Position numbers and translations under genes: made by a program. Below, piece by piece: positions 1 to 16,019 of a stretch of 64,000 nt of DNA. The notes beneath the pieces are model-generated. The model searched no databases, had not been told where the DNA came from, and saw only the letters and a list, made by a program, of their open reading frames with translations. The stretch's first letter is position 1. Each line of letters starts with the position of its first letter. This stretch comes from the human T2T-CHM13v2.0 reference genome, Homo sapiens, in the NCBI RefSeq assembly GCF_009914755.1, contig NC_060933.1, one strand, 5' to 3'.

Positions 1-189
1 ACCCCTGTGGGTCCTCCGAGCAGCCCCCACCTGTGCCTCCTGCTTTCAGCCTCCCCTGCCATCCTCATTCCACCCACACCAGGAAAACTGAGGAGGTGAC
101 CTGTGCACAGTTGCAGAAAAATGATGCTGTCACAGCAAAAGACTGATGCGGGCTCCCCCAGGAAGGGAAGGAAAAGAACATTTGGTTAG

Positions 190-507
<318 letters not shown>

Positions 508-1745
508 TGAGTCACTTTAGAAGTGATTAAATGTTTGCAATAAACTTGAAAAGGAGCCTCCATTACCCCCATTTCACAGACAGAGAAACTGAGGCTCGTG
601 GTGGAGGAACTGGCCTGGAGCAGTACCCTGCGGGGATAGGCACAGACAGGCTGAGTGTGGCTCTTGGCTTTGGACACAGTCACTGTGGGGGCTTGAGCAG
701 GTGATTCTCCAGCCTTAACCTCCTCGGCTGTGAAATGGGGCAATAACGCAGCCGCTCCTGAAAGACGTGATGATGAAATAAGACCAGGCATATAAAGGAG
801 CGGGGAAGGACAGTGGGGCATAGAATGTGCTGGAAGGTCAGGAGCTGGAACAGGACTCAGTGCTCTCAGATTCCAGAGGCCAAATTCTTTCCACCGCATG
901 TTTGTGGCCTCTGGGGGCTGCTGGAAGCAGGGCCTGGGGGAGCCCTGGAGATGGCGGCGGAGAGAGGCTTTTACTCTCTGATCCCCCTCAACCAAGATGT
1001 GGCCACGGTGGACCTTTGGGGGCCTGGCCACTGGTCTGCGCCTGTGACTTCCCTCATGGAGGCTCTTGACCCCAGTTTGGGATGTCTTACTTTAGGGGGA
1101 GGAGGGGGATAGGCAACAGGAGACCCATGTGGACAGAGACTCTTTGAAAAGAAAAAGGAAAAAAATTTCCAGGTAGGAATTTTGTGTCTCTAGAATCATT
1201 TCCTTCCTCTTTTCTTGGGGCTCTTCTGGCCTCACTTCTTTCTCCTGCTGGGGTAAGTCATTCACACTTTAGTAAGAATTATACTAGCCACCCTGTGCAG
1301 AGCATAGCCTCTCTTCTATGCCAGTAGCTCGTCTCTGAGTGTTTTTCTCTTAAAAAGCTTTGTCCCTCTGGAAGGAGTGTGTCCATCTGTTCAAAGCTCT
1401 TTAAACATTTATTTCTTTATTCATTCAACAGACATTGATTGAGTGTCTGTGGCCCGATCCTGGGTGCAACATCAACCAACTCCGGATGGTGCCTGTAGGT
1501 GCACAGAGTTGGGCTGATGGGAGTGGCTCTGTGATGATTCTTACGCCCCTGCAGGGATCTGTTAAGCACCTCTGGCCTGGACTCCCTGATTCAGATGTGT
1601 CCGCAGCGGGGAGCCAGGCATGACCCTTCGCTCACTGGAGTCCTATTCCAATGGAAGGGACACGCGGCACTCAGTCAAATACGTGCTCAGCACGACGGCA
1701 GTTAGGGATAAGATTATGGAGCAAAATAAAGCCGGGTTGCGGGGG

Positions 1746-2051
1746 GGCAGGCGTGGTGGCTCATGCCTGTAATCCCAGCACTTTGGGAGGCTGAGGTGGG
1801 CGGATCACTTGAGGACAGGAGTTCGAGATCAGCCTGACAACATGGCGAAACCCCATCTCTACCAAAAAATACAAAAATTAGCTGGGCGTGGTGCCACACG
1901 CCTGTAATCCCAGCTACTCGGGAGGCTGAGGTGGGAGAATCGCTTGAACCCTGGGAAATGCAGGTTGCAGTGAGCCAAGATTGTGCCACTGCACTCTAGC
2001 CTGGGCGACAGAGCAAGACCATGTCTCAAAAAAAAAAAAAAAAAAAAAAAA
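1746..2051 (+). mobile_element. AluS-type SINE
   Basis: full dimer GGCAGGCGTGGTGGCTCATGCCTGTAATCCC... with A-rich linker and poly-A tail. Confidence 0.95.
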
Positions 2052-2150
2052 GGGTTGGCCAGGGAAGGCCTCTCCAAGAAGATGACTTTAAAAAAATGCA
2101 TCCATTTATTTGCATAGTGCATTCACATGGCTCAAAACCCATGTTTTTGA

Positions 2151-2525
<375 letters not shown>

Positions 2526-2892
2526 CTATCTCAAGAATCACTGTCCTTAGTTTTTAAATAATCTTTCCGAGTTTCTTAGGCAGCTGTAAGTAACTATAAA
2601 TACCGTTTGTATTGAAAACTCAGCACTGACAGGTACTGATATTTTAATTGAGACCTGAAGGATGAGACCCTTCAAACCTACGAGAGCTCCTGGCAGAAGG
2701 AAGGGCGGTGGGCAGAGCTGAGTGCATGGCTCCTGGGGGCACAATGAGAAAGAGGAGGTTACTTGGAGTTGTCAGGTGGGGCATGACCCAATGGACACCG
2801 GGTTTAACAGGATCCCTTGGGCTGCTCGGCGTTGGGACAGAAGCAGAGAGAAGTCAGGAGTGTATGGACAAGCACAGCCATCCATTGAGTGA

Positions 2893-3352
<460 letters not shown>

Positions 3353-3518
3353 ACATTTCTTAATATTTTAACTTCTGCACACACCTGCTTCTCCTAACTG
3401 GCTGCAAGTGGCACCAGTGGGAAGATGATTGGGTGAAGGCCACATAAAAGGGAAGGGGCTAGGAGGGACTTGTCCCCACATCTATCAGGCTCCAGGGCTG
3501 AAGCCCTCCCCCAATAGA

Positions 3519-3650
3519 GCAGTGACCCTCTGCCAGACCTGTTGTGCCAGAGTCACCTGGGCTGCTGGTCAAATGCAGATTCCCGGGCCTGGGTTGTGGC
3601 CCAGGGATCAGAGTCTCTGCAGGAAGGGCCTGGGAACCTGTATTTCGAAC
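3519..3650. mobile_element. MER5-like hAT-Charlie MITE fragment
   Basis: AGAGTCACCTGG...AAATGCAGATTCCCGGGCC...TCAGAGTCTCTG...GGGCCTGGGAACCTGTATTT resembles the MER5 consensus. Confidence 0.55.
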
Positions 3651-4621
3651 GAGACTGTCTCTCTCACCTCCTTGCTTACTCTGTGCCCTCACATCCTGAA
3701 ATTTGCATCCTGAAATTTGAGACCCCGAGGCGGTGGGGATGGGACCTGCCTGGTCACCCAGCTCAAACCTTTCCCTCTTTTGGGAAAGCCCAGCTCAGCC
3801 CTTGCTGGGAGGGTGGGTGGCAGCCTGGTCTCTGTGGGCCAGGGCAGGGTTCTGGGCCTGGCGCCTCCTTTCAGAAGCTGATCGATCCCAGGGATGGGCT
3901 CTCTCCTCCCTGAGCCGCCAGCCCCACCTGCCTTGGAGGGCGGACCTCACCTCTCACCGAGAACCTCAAGAGTCGGGCATGTTAAATCCTGTGGTCTTAA
4001 CTCAGCTCTGAACCCCACCCCCAGCACGGGGACCCCGCCGCACTGCAGGGCCAGGGTGGCCTCTGAAATGAACCCAAGCCTCACCGGCCTCCACTGAAGA
4101 ACATCTAGGCTCTTGAGTGGGTGCCTGAAAACCCGTTGCCAGCTGCCCAGTGACTGTACTGCCTCCCATCTCAACCCCTTGCCCCCACCTGTGTACTTCT
4201 TGTCCTTTACGGGAGGCAGTGCACGGGAGAGCACAAAGCTCGGGCACTGCGTGCAGGTTCCAGTCAACGTCCCTGTCACAATGTCTAGGACCGCCGTTCT
4301 CTGATACTTGCTCCCACCGCTGGGCACAGGATATGTCTCCTTCCCATCTCTAGAGCCCAGAACGCACTCCTGTCTCCCGCCTGCTCCCCGGCTCCCCCTC
4401 CCTTCCCCGAGTCTCTCTGGGATGTAGCTTGGTCCTCAATGGTTCAGTGGACTCACTGCGAGGACAAGAGTCAGGCGGACCCCTGAGGCTTGGAGTCTCC
4501 TGGTGGCCTCGACCCTGGCTCTTGAGCAGCTGTTCAGTGCTCCTCCCTGTCCCCTCTGAGGCCGCCGTTTCCCAGGTGTGTGTCCCCGTCTCTGAACTGG
4601 GACTTGTCGCTCTGCTGCTGC

Positions 4622-4923
<302 letters not shown>

Positions 4924-5429
4924 CGCTCTGCTTCTTTAACTCCTTAGTTTTCTCATCTGTGAGAAGGGGTCACAAATGTGGTGTCACTTGTGGGTCACAT
5001 GACGTGGAAGAGGCCCTGGCACAATGCTCAACAAATGGCCCATGTGGTGCCGTGATCCTAGGAGTTGGGGACTCGGGTTCCTAGGTGGCTGTGGGAGAGG
5101 GCACTTCAGTGGCTCTGGAGTCCCAGAGCCCCGGCGAGGTGGCCTGCAGCCTCCAGGCCAGGAAAGCGAAGCCAGCCCTTGAGCCTGAGCCGCCTGCCCA
5201 GAGCCGGTGCCCTTTGCTGTGGTGCTGGAGTCAGAAGGGCCTCTCAGTTCCTCCCTCCCTCCTGCCTTCCGCAAGTATTTATTGAGTTCCTGCCGTGTGA
5301 CATTGGAGTGGCCTTGTCTTTGTGGAAACAGATGGCCCCGAGCCAGCTGCCCTCTCTCCTCTACACGTGGCTGAGGGGCTGCCGGGGCTCTTGAGTGGTT
5401 CCTATCCCAGGGCCAAGGCCAGGCCTTTT

Positions 5430-5572
5430 AAATTAATTAATTAATTCATTATATTAGAGCTGGGGTCTTGCTATGTTGCCCAGGCTGGTCTCGAACTCCT
5501 GGCCTCAAGAGGCCCTTCTGCTTCAGCCTTTCAAAGTGCTGGGGTTACAGGCGTGAGCCACCACACCCAACC
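5430..5572 (-). mobile_element. FLAM (free left Alu monomer)
   Basis: single left arm with 14-bp TSD AGGCCAGGCCTTTT (5416-5429 and 5575-5588). Confidence 0.9.
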
Positions 5573-5789
5573 CGAGGCCAGGCCTTTTGCTTCATGTCTG
5601 GGTGGGCTCCTGAGAGGGGCAGAGGACCAACCTCTCACCAGGCCCCCACAGCGGTCCCTGGGCCCAGGCAGGGTGGTGGGGCCTCTCTTTGTTCAGGGTG
5701 GGCTCTGAGTTCATCTGTTGGTTCTTCATGGATTCACCCACACACATACCACTTCTTCATTTGTGTTTTAGGATTCATTCTTGCCCCAG

Positions 5790-6170
5790 GTGTTTCTCCA
5801 GCACATTGTGTGCTGGGCCCAGTGCTGAGTGCTGAGAATGCATGGGTCACAGAGCCAGCCCTGGCCCTTGCTCTGTGAGGAAGGCAGGGGGGCCTGAGCT
5901 GGTGACTGAATAGGGGACAAGGGCACTGTAGAATGAGAGAGCCCCGGGCGCCCCCACCTCCTATGAGGGAAGGGAAGATTCACAGAGGAGGTGACCCTGG
6001 GCTTAAGCCTCACAGGAGGAAAGGGGACTGCCTAGTGCCGCTGAGTGAGGAGAAGGTACTAGGGCCCAGAGGAGCGTTGGCCAAGGTGAATAGAGGAGAA
6101 GCGAGCAGGAGATGGAGGAGGCGAGCCTGGGAGGCAAAGCAGGGCTGGATGGGACAGGTCTGGGTATCTG
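5790..6170 (-). mobile_element. L2 LINE 3' fragment
   Basis: degenerate TGTGCTGGGCCCAGTGCTGAGTGCTGAG...CACAGAGGAGGTGAC typical of antisense L2. Confidence 0.5.
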
Positions 6171-7014
6171 TCTAGGAGCCCAGGGGAGCCACTGATGTTA
6201 TAGGCGGGACTGGAAGGGGGGGTGACCATGCCAACCTGATGGCCTGGAGACGCAAGAGGAGGCTGCAGCGGCCAGGACCCCAGGTAGGCCTGTGCCCCCC
6301 TCATTCTGGGTCTGTACCTAGATGGAGGCCCCTCCGCTCCCTGGGCCCAGGGGCGTCCTGTGGTCCAGGCAGGCACCTCCCCTGACCCAGGCGAACCAGC
6401 CCGTCCTCCTCTCCTTCGACTCATGGGCAGGCAGGACCAGGAGGCAGCGTAGGAGAGAGGCCGGGGGCTGCCTGATGACAGGCGCAACCCCGTTCTCTCT
6501 GGGTGCTCCCTAAATCTTGAAATAAATTAGGCAGAATCAAAATCAGACTCTCTTCATCAGGAGAAATTACTCATTTCAAATATTTGCAGCCGCTTGAACT
6601 GAAATGGAGCGAGATGAGGACTGAGATGAATAATCTGGGCCCTTTTCAAAGACAGCTTTTGCTCAGCACTTTTCCTGATTCCTGAGCCCCTCCCCCAGAC
6701 TCCCCTGTCCCCTCCCTCTCCCCCTTGGGACCCAGCCTCCATCAGCCTCCATCTTCTCTCTCAGGGCTCCCTTCTATCACCCCCAGTCCTGGACCTTTTC
6801 TCTTCCTCTCATTCCCTTTTCCTTGATTTCATTCATTAAAGCTGCAAATATTTGCTGAGCACCTCCTCCGCCTGGCACCGAGACTGGCCTCTGGACACAG
6901 TGAGACAAGATGGCCCAGCCCCTGCCCTCATAGGGCAGCAGGGGCCCTTGGCTGGGAACTTGCCCGATCCACAAGCAGAGTGCTCACCCTGTTATTTGCC
7001 CTGTGTGGCACCAC

Positions 7015-7350
<336 letters not shown>

Positions 7351-7972
7351 TGAAAGCTTATATAAGCACCTCTCCAGAGGCCTTTTGGAGGCTGGGAGAA
7401 AATCTGGAGAATTCCAACCCCTCCCCTGACCCCCTTCCTCCTCCACATCCGCTCGTGGCCTGCAGGCTGGGCAGTGCTTGACGAAAGCCAGGCCTGCCCA
7501 CCCTTGCAGCGACCACAGCAGGAAGCTGACAGGCGTGCTGGGTTGTACAGGGAGGGGGCGTGGTTGGAGGCGAGAGGAGCCGAGGCCGCCACACCCCACA
7601 TTCTTTGAAAGATGCTTCCAGGCTGGATGTGGAGGCCAACCGCACCACCTGGCTCCGAGGGTCCTGGGCTGTCACAGCCGTTCTGCCAGCTGGTGGGGTG
7701 GGCAGGGGGCATGCCAGCCCTTCCTCTCTTGGATGGGGAGTCCTGGAGTAGAGGAAGGAGAGAGAACAGGAAGAGGGGAAAGAGGGAGAAGGAGGGAGAG
7801 GAGGAGGAGAGAGAAGGGGGAGGACACAGGGAGAGGGGGGATTTGCAAGATGGGGTTGGGGAACACCCCACTGTGAGAAGGCACAAGGCTTGCATGACTG
7901 GTGTATGTGGGGGAATTGTGGGGTTTAGGGTCTGATACCCCCATGAAGGCACAGGGATTCGTGCCTCTGTGA

Positions 7973-8279
<307 letters not shown>

Positions 8280-8294
8280 AGATCTTCTTTTAAA

Positions 8295-8606
<312 letters not shown>

Positions 8607-9399
8607 TGCCGGGTCTTGATTGATAGGTTGTAACTGGGACTGGGCTCTGAAACCCACCTTGACCTCACCTAAGTAGTTTTCCCTCTGCAGAGCTGTGGAA
8701 ATGTTGACTGAATACCCCTTGGTGCACAGGTGCTGATGGCAGGGGCAGGCGTTCAGGGACCAACGTGTTCTGGAAATGAACCAGTCAGTGTCTTTGGACT
8801 CCAGTGTGGTGCGGGGGGTCCGGATGGGTCCTGTGGGGGTAGGGGTGGCTTTGAGGTTCAACCAAGCATCGAGGGCAGTGCCTGAGAGGACCCTGGAGGC
8901 CAGCCCAGCCTGCCGGTCTCACTATGGGGTCCTTTGGGGGACTCAGAGGATGACTGAGGAGGTATCCACCCCCGACCAAGGCCTCTGGGATTCCCCACCC
9001 TCTGCAGGTTCAGCCAGAGCTCCCAGGAGCCTAGACCTGGGAGCAGGGGTGTGGAAGAGGAGGGAGAAGCCAGCTTGGGTACGTGGGGAGGCAGAAGCCT
9101 GGAGAAGGCCAGGGCTCTCCGAAAGGGAACAGTTACACTCGCAGGGCTCCCGCGTGGGGTGGGGTGTAGACAGGCCAGGCACCGGGCTGGGAGCTTCATA
9201 CTTAGTGATGTTCCCCATCCTCCCAGCACCCCCGGTGGAGGGTGTGATGTTTCCCATAATCAGATGAGGAAACTGAGGCTCAGTGAGCTTGTGGCTCACC
9301 CGCGACCATGTGGTTGATTCAGAGCAGAGCTGGGGGTGGACGCCAAGGCCTTGTGTCTACTCACTAGCCCGTGTAGCCTCTTGAGGCCGCGCAATTGTA

Positions 9400-9600
9400 G
9401 TGACACCTATATAGTGGTTATGTGGCTAGGCATTAATTTACATAGACCACACAGCTTCTCTTAATATTCCCATTTTACAGATGGGAAAGCTGAAGCACAG
9501 AGAGGTTAACTCACTTGCCCAAGGTCACACCACGAGTAAGTGGCAGTAGTGGGATTCGAAGCCAGGAAATCTGGCTCGAGAGGCCAGGCGTGAACACGCT
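9400..9600 (-). mobile_element. MIR SINE
   Basis: CCCATTTTACAGATGGGAAAGCTGAAGCACAGAGAGGTTAACTCACTTGCCCAAGGTCACAC core. Confidence 0.85.
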
Positions 9601-9714
9601 AAGTGTTCTGGGGGAGGCAGACGACTTTCTCCTTCCTTCCGTCTCTGTTCCTTGCTCTCTTTCCATCTACATGTGAAGGGTGTGCAGGGCTGCTGACCTC
9701 CCTGGACTTTTTAG

Positions 9715-10171
<457 letters not shown>

Positions 10172-10605
10172 TAGAGATGGTTTTCATTCACTTGTCCCAC
10201 TGAGCATTGTTTTCCTCATCTGTAAAACAAAAATGAGTCTGATCTTGCCAATTCCACTCCACCTCTTTTGGGGAGGAAAAAACTTTTACTAGGACGACTT
10301 AGTAAAATGCAGACACCATGAATGGACCCTGCGGTGAGGGGAAGGAGGAGAAACAAGATAATAAATCTGATAAATAAATGAACAAGATTTTGCATTTCCT
10401 GACTGTGGTTGGTGAAATTCTAGGAAATAACTTTATTGTCCTGACAGGAGTCCTCGGTTCCTTTCACAGACCTTCCTCAAACATCCACTGTGTGTGTGCC
10501 TGGGGCTGCGGAGACCCAGGACAAAGCCGAGAGTCAGACGGGCAAGGCACCTGCTGTCACGGAGCTCATGGTCATCCTCTTCCTTCCCTCCTTCCCATGA
10601 TATTT

Positions 10606-11200
<595 letters not shown>

Positions 11201-12059
11201 GTCTGACATGATCAGGTGTGCGCGCTAAGCGGGAGGTACTCCGTGAATGACACGGTTGCTGCCCCAGTCTCTTCTTCTGGGGTCTTATCTCTGCAGTGCC
11301 TGAATCACCGCTGGTCTGTTGCTCAATCTGAAAGCAGAGAGGCCTTTGTCCTTCGTCACTGCCCAGGATTCTGAGCCTGCTGTGAGGTTGGGAGGCAGAG
11401 GCCGGGGAGCTCTGCCCAGCAATGCTCCTGGGAACCCTCTGAAGTCAATGGTTGAGTTGTGGGTTCCACTTGAAATGCCATGTAAATTTTGGGGTCTTTT
11501 TGATCTGAAACTAGGGGTTTCTCACCCATGAAGAGGAGGAACTGGGAAGGAGGCAGGGACTCCAAACAAAAAGAAATGGCTTTCAGGCCAAAGCCTGGGA
11601 TGGGGTTGAGGTTATAGAAGCCAGAGATTCACGGAGAGACCCTAGGATCACTGCAGCCGGGGGGTTCCCCAGGCCCCAGTGTGGGGCCTGGCAGAGATCG
11701 GGGCTCGATCACTGCTTACAAAATGAATGGAGGAACCCCAACACAAAAGGACCCTTCCTGACCCTTTTTACTCTCTGATGGGGTGAGGGCGCCAGGGTGG
11801 GATGGATGGCGGGGGGTTTTCCTTCCATGTCTCCCTCTTTGTTACCTTCATAAGACAACATCTGACCCCCCACTCCATCATGGTTTTGGTGGCTGTTGAT
11901 GCCATGGTCTCAACTTCCTTCTCCTGCTGAGGCTAGAATAGAGGCAGGAGCCACACCAGGCAGATCTCTGCTGTGCTAGACTTTGGCCAAAGGCACTGGG
12001 GAGCTATGGATGATTCTTAAGGGAGGGCATGACATAAGGAGTTCTTCTTGTAATGGGAT

Positions 12060-12524
<465 letters not shown>

Positions 12525-13671
12525 AATGAGGCCTTTTCCAAGCTCTCCCTTGACCTCTCGTCGCCCATGGTGTGAGAAGGGAAGGAGACCACAGGATGGC
12601 CATCGGCTTCCATAATTTCCTGGGTTTGTCTCACCCCATCCTTGGCATCAGGACTTGTTCCTGAAGCCGAGGGGCCGACTGGAAGGGCCAACATAGGGTG
12701 AGTGGTTGGGGTCCAGGGTAGACAGCTGTCACCGCGTGTCAGAGTGTGTGGTTCATACGGTGGCACCAGTGCTGTTCTGCTCTTGATAGAGATCTGGAGA
12801 GTGGTAGCCGGGGGTGGGGGGAGCCTGCCCACGCCCTCCCACCCACCCCTCACCGGAGTCCTGAGAGCAGATGCCATGATCAGCCCGTGTTTCACTGGAG
12901 GCTGCCGAGGCTCAGAGAGCCCCGCTCGGCCCCGGCACAGCTCTGAGTAGTTGGGTGGGGGCTGGAGGCCCCTGGGTCTGTCTGACTTGGAGCCTGTGAC
13001 TCAAACACAGGATGTTCTGCCTGCTCCCAGCCTTGGGGTCTCCCCGCCAGCCCATTGAGCCCTGAGCCCTGGCCTGGCCTTGGCCTCTCCTTTGGCTCCC
13101 GCGGCCTGCCCTGGCTTGGGGGCACTGTCTGCCCATCTCCTTCCCACCCCCGTCCCCCAACCCCAAGGTGAGGTCTCATGGAGAGCGGCGTGTGAGATGG
13201 GAGGGCCGTACCGTCAGAGGACGTGTCTCCAAAGAGCCCGTTGCAAGGGGCCACAGACCCTCAGTCTCCCTGAAGAACAAGGCTCACAGTGCTTATCTGT
13301 TGAGCACTTGACACCGCCAGGCCTTGGAAGCCTCACACTGACCCTGCTAGGTAGGTCTCACCAGGGCACCCATTTTATACACGGAAAAACTGAGGCTCAC
13401 AGAGGTGGGGGCCCGGTGAACCGTGGCAAGCAGAGAAGGAGGGTGTGCCAGACTGCAGAGCCTGCCCTTTCCTGGCACACCTCCCTGGCATGTGGGGGTC
13501 TCGGGGGCTGGCTCCGTGGCTTCTCACAGCACCCAGCGGGCCGGGGCAGCCTGGGATAGTGGGGAGGAGCCCCAGGCCTGGACACCAGACCATGGTTCTC
13601 TTCCTGTGACGTAAGCCAGTCACCTGTTGCCTTCCCTACAACACAGAAATCAGGGTGTTAATGTCTTAGTG

Positions 13672-13821
13672 CAGGGGTGTCCAGCCCTGGCTTCAAACTA
13701 GAATCACCTGGAGAGCTTGAACAATCACTGCTGCCTGGGGCCCACCCCTGGCAGTTCAGATCGAGTTGATCTGGATCCGGGTGTCATAGATCTTAAAGGC
13801 TTTCAGATGGTTCAGAACCAC
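13672..13821. mobile_element. MER5-like MITE
   Basis: CAGGGGTGTCCAGCCCTGGC..TAGAATCACCTGGAGAGCTT..AGAACCAC. Confidence 0.6.
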
Positions 13822-14057
13822 GGGGTGTGGAGAGAATCATGAACTGGGGTCAGAGCTGAGGAATGTAGGTGCACCTGGAAGATAAAGAGAGCTAACTCTC
13901 TATCATCTTTTCCATATCTTGAGAGATAGAGCTGTCATCTTTTATGGAAAGCTCTATTAAATTACAATCTGTAAAAAGAGAGGAACCCCCCTCCTCCTTC
14001 CTGAGAAAATCCCTGGTTTTCCCTCCAGCAGAACTCTGTGTAGGGTGATCGACACTT

Positions 14058-14792
14058 TCCATCCCACTACCTCCACATCCATCCACCCATCTGTCATCCA
14101 TCCATCCACCCAAATATCCACCCATCCATCAATCCACTAATACTTCCTTCTTTTCACCCATCCGTCCATTCCTTCCCACACACCTATTCATCCATCCACT
14201 CACCTATCCATCCTTCCATACAATCTCTCACCCATTCATCCATATATCCACTCACACATCTATCCATCCATCCATCCATCCATCCATCCATCCATCCATC
14301 CTCCCATCCATCCACCTACCCACCCATCCATTCATTCATTCATCCATCTATCCTCTCATTTATCCTCTAATCCTTCCATCTGTCCATCCATCCATCCATC
14401 CATCCATCCATCCATCCATCCATCCATCCTCTTATCCATCCACCTACTCATTCATTCATTCATCTATCCTCTCATTCATCCATCCATCCATCCATCCATC
14501 CATCCATCAATCCTCTTATCCATCCACCTACCCACCCATCCATCCATTCATTCATTCATCTATCCTCTCATTCATCCTCTCATCCATCCATCCATCTGTC
14601 CATCCATCCATCCATCCATCCATCCATCCATCCATCCATCCTCCCATCCATCCACCTACCCACCCATCCATTCATCCATTCGTCCATCTGTCCTCCCATC
14701 CATCCATCCATCCATCCATCCATCCATCCATTTTGTCACTCATCCATCTATCCATGCACCCATCCATCCATTCATCTATCTATTCACTCATC
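14058..14792 (+). repeat. (CCAT)n/(CATT)n compound microsatellite
   Basis: ~730 bp of TCCA/TTCA units, directly visible. Confidence 0.97.
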
Positions 14793-14794
14793 TC

Positions 14795-14990
14795 TTTTTC
14801 TTCAACTAAGACTTGTTGAGCCCTGTCTTGTGCTGAGTCCTGGACTGGAAGCTGGGTATAAAATGATGAGTCAGACCTGGTCCTTGCCAGTAGAAGCTTG
14901 GTCTCATTGGGGAGACAGACATGTGAGAAACAATTCCAACAGAACATTGTAGGTGCTATAATAGAGATCTAGAGAGGCTGAGAGTGGGAG
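14795..14990 (-). mobile_element. L2 3' end
   Basis: TTCAAC..TTGTTGAGCCC..TGTGCTGAG..GGGGAGACAGAC directly after the CATT-type tail. Confidence 0.6.
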
Positions 14991-15679
14991 TGCAGGGTGG
15001 AGGAAGTGTTGACAAACATTAGGATTGCCCATTGCTCTTGGGAGGATGCCCAGATTTCTGTGCAATCAGCCTCCCATTGTCTTTGGGTCTTAGTTTAAAT
15101 GTCACCTCCTTGGGGACAGTGTCCAGATTACAGCCAGGGCATCCCCAAAGAAGAGTCTGACTGGTAGCTTTGGGGTTCCATGGTGTCTGCCCTCGGTCAT
15201 GTGACACTGATGAGCTGCTCTCTCCTCGCCCTTTTGGCTTGTGGTCTGCTTTCATTTTTCAACTCACTGCTGTAAAATAAGGGAAAAATGCAATACAATG
15301 TTTTGATAGTTCCTACTCATAACCATTGCAGTCAAAGATGCTGATGAAGACCCACAAACACAGGGAGAGCCGTTTGCAGGCCTGGTTCAGAGGGAAGAAT
15401 TTTACTAATTCTACCTCTTACACCCTCATTCCAATTCAGGGAGGTAGAGACCATCCTTATCCCTACTTCAGGGTGGGGGCTGTCAGGCAGAACCAGGCCG
15501 TGTCCCGGCTCGTTTGGTCTCATTGTAGGCACTGTTTTGACTTTCCAAGTCTGTCCACTTCCATGAAATGGGCGAGTCATAGGTGCAGAGATCAAGACTC
15601 CAAGAGATTGAGTTGTGTGGCCAAGGTCACCAGATCTGGGACCCACCCTGAGACTTCACCCCTCACTGCTTGTGCCACC

Positions 15680-16019
15680 AGCCATCTCATCTTTGCTCTC
15701 TGGCTTCCAGCCCCTCTGCATCTCTGGCCAATGGTCTGAGAGGTGAAGGGACACGTGTCCCCTCTGGGCTGAAGCACAGAAGAACCAGAGCTGACTTCCC
15801 TGTAGTCTGTTCCCCTGTTCTAGTGACTGAGAAGATCACTTGTTCCAGATGAGGAGCTACAAGATGGTGGAGCCCCTGGCCTGGATCCCTGTGTGGCCAT
15901 GTGGAGCAGAGCAGTGGCCATATAGCCTTCATGAGAGACAGACTTCTGTTATGTTGAGCCACTGAGATTTTGAGGTTGTTTGTTCCTGCAGCAGAGTGTC
16001 ACGTAGCATGGCTAACACA
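15680..16019 (+). mobile_element. MLT1 (I/J/K-like) MaLR LTR
   Basis: ATGTGGAGCAGAGC..GAGCCACTGAGATTTTGAGGTTGTTTGTT..GCAGCA..GCTAACACA. Confidence 0.7.
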
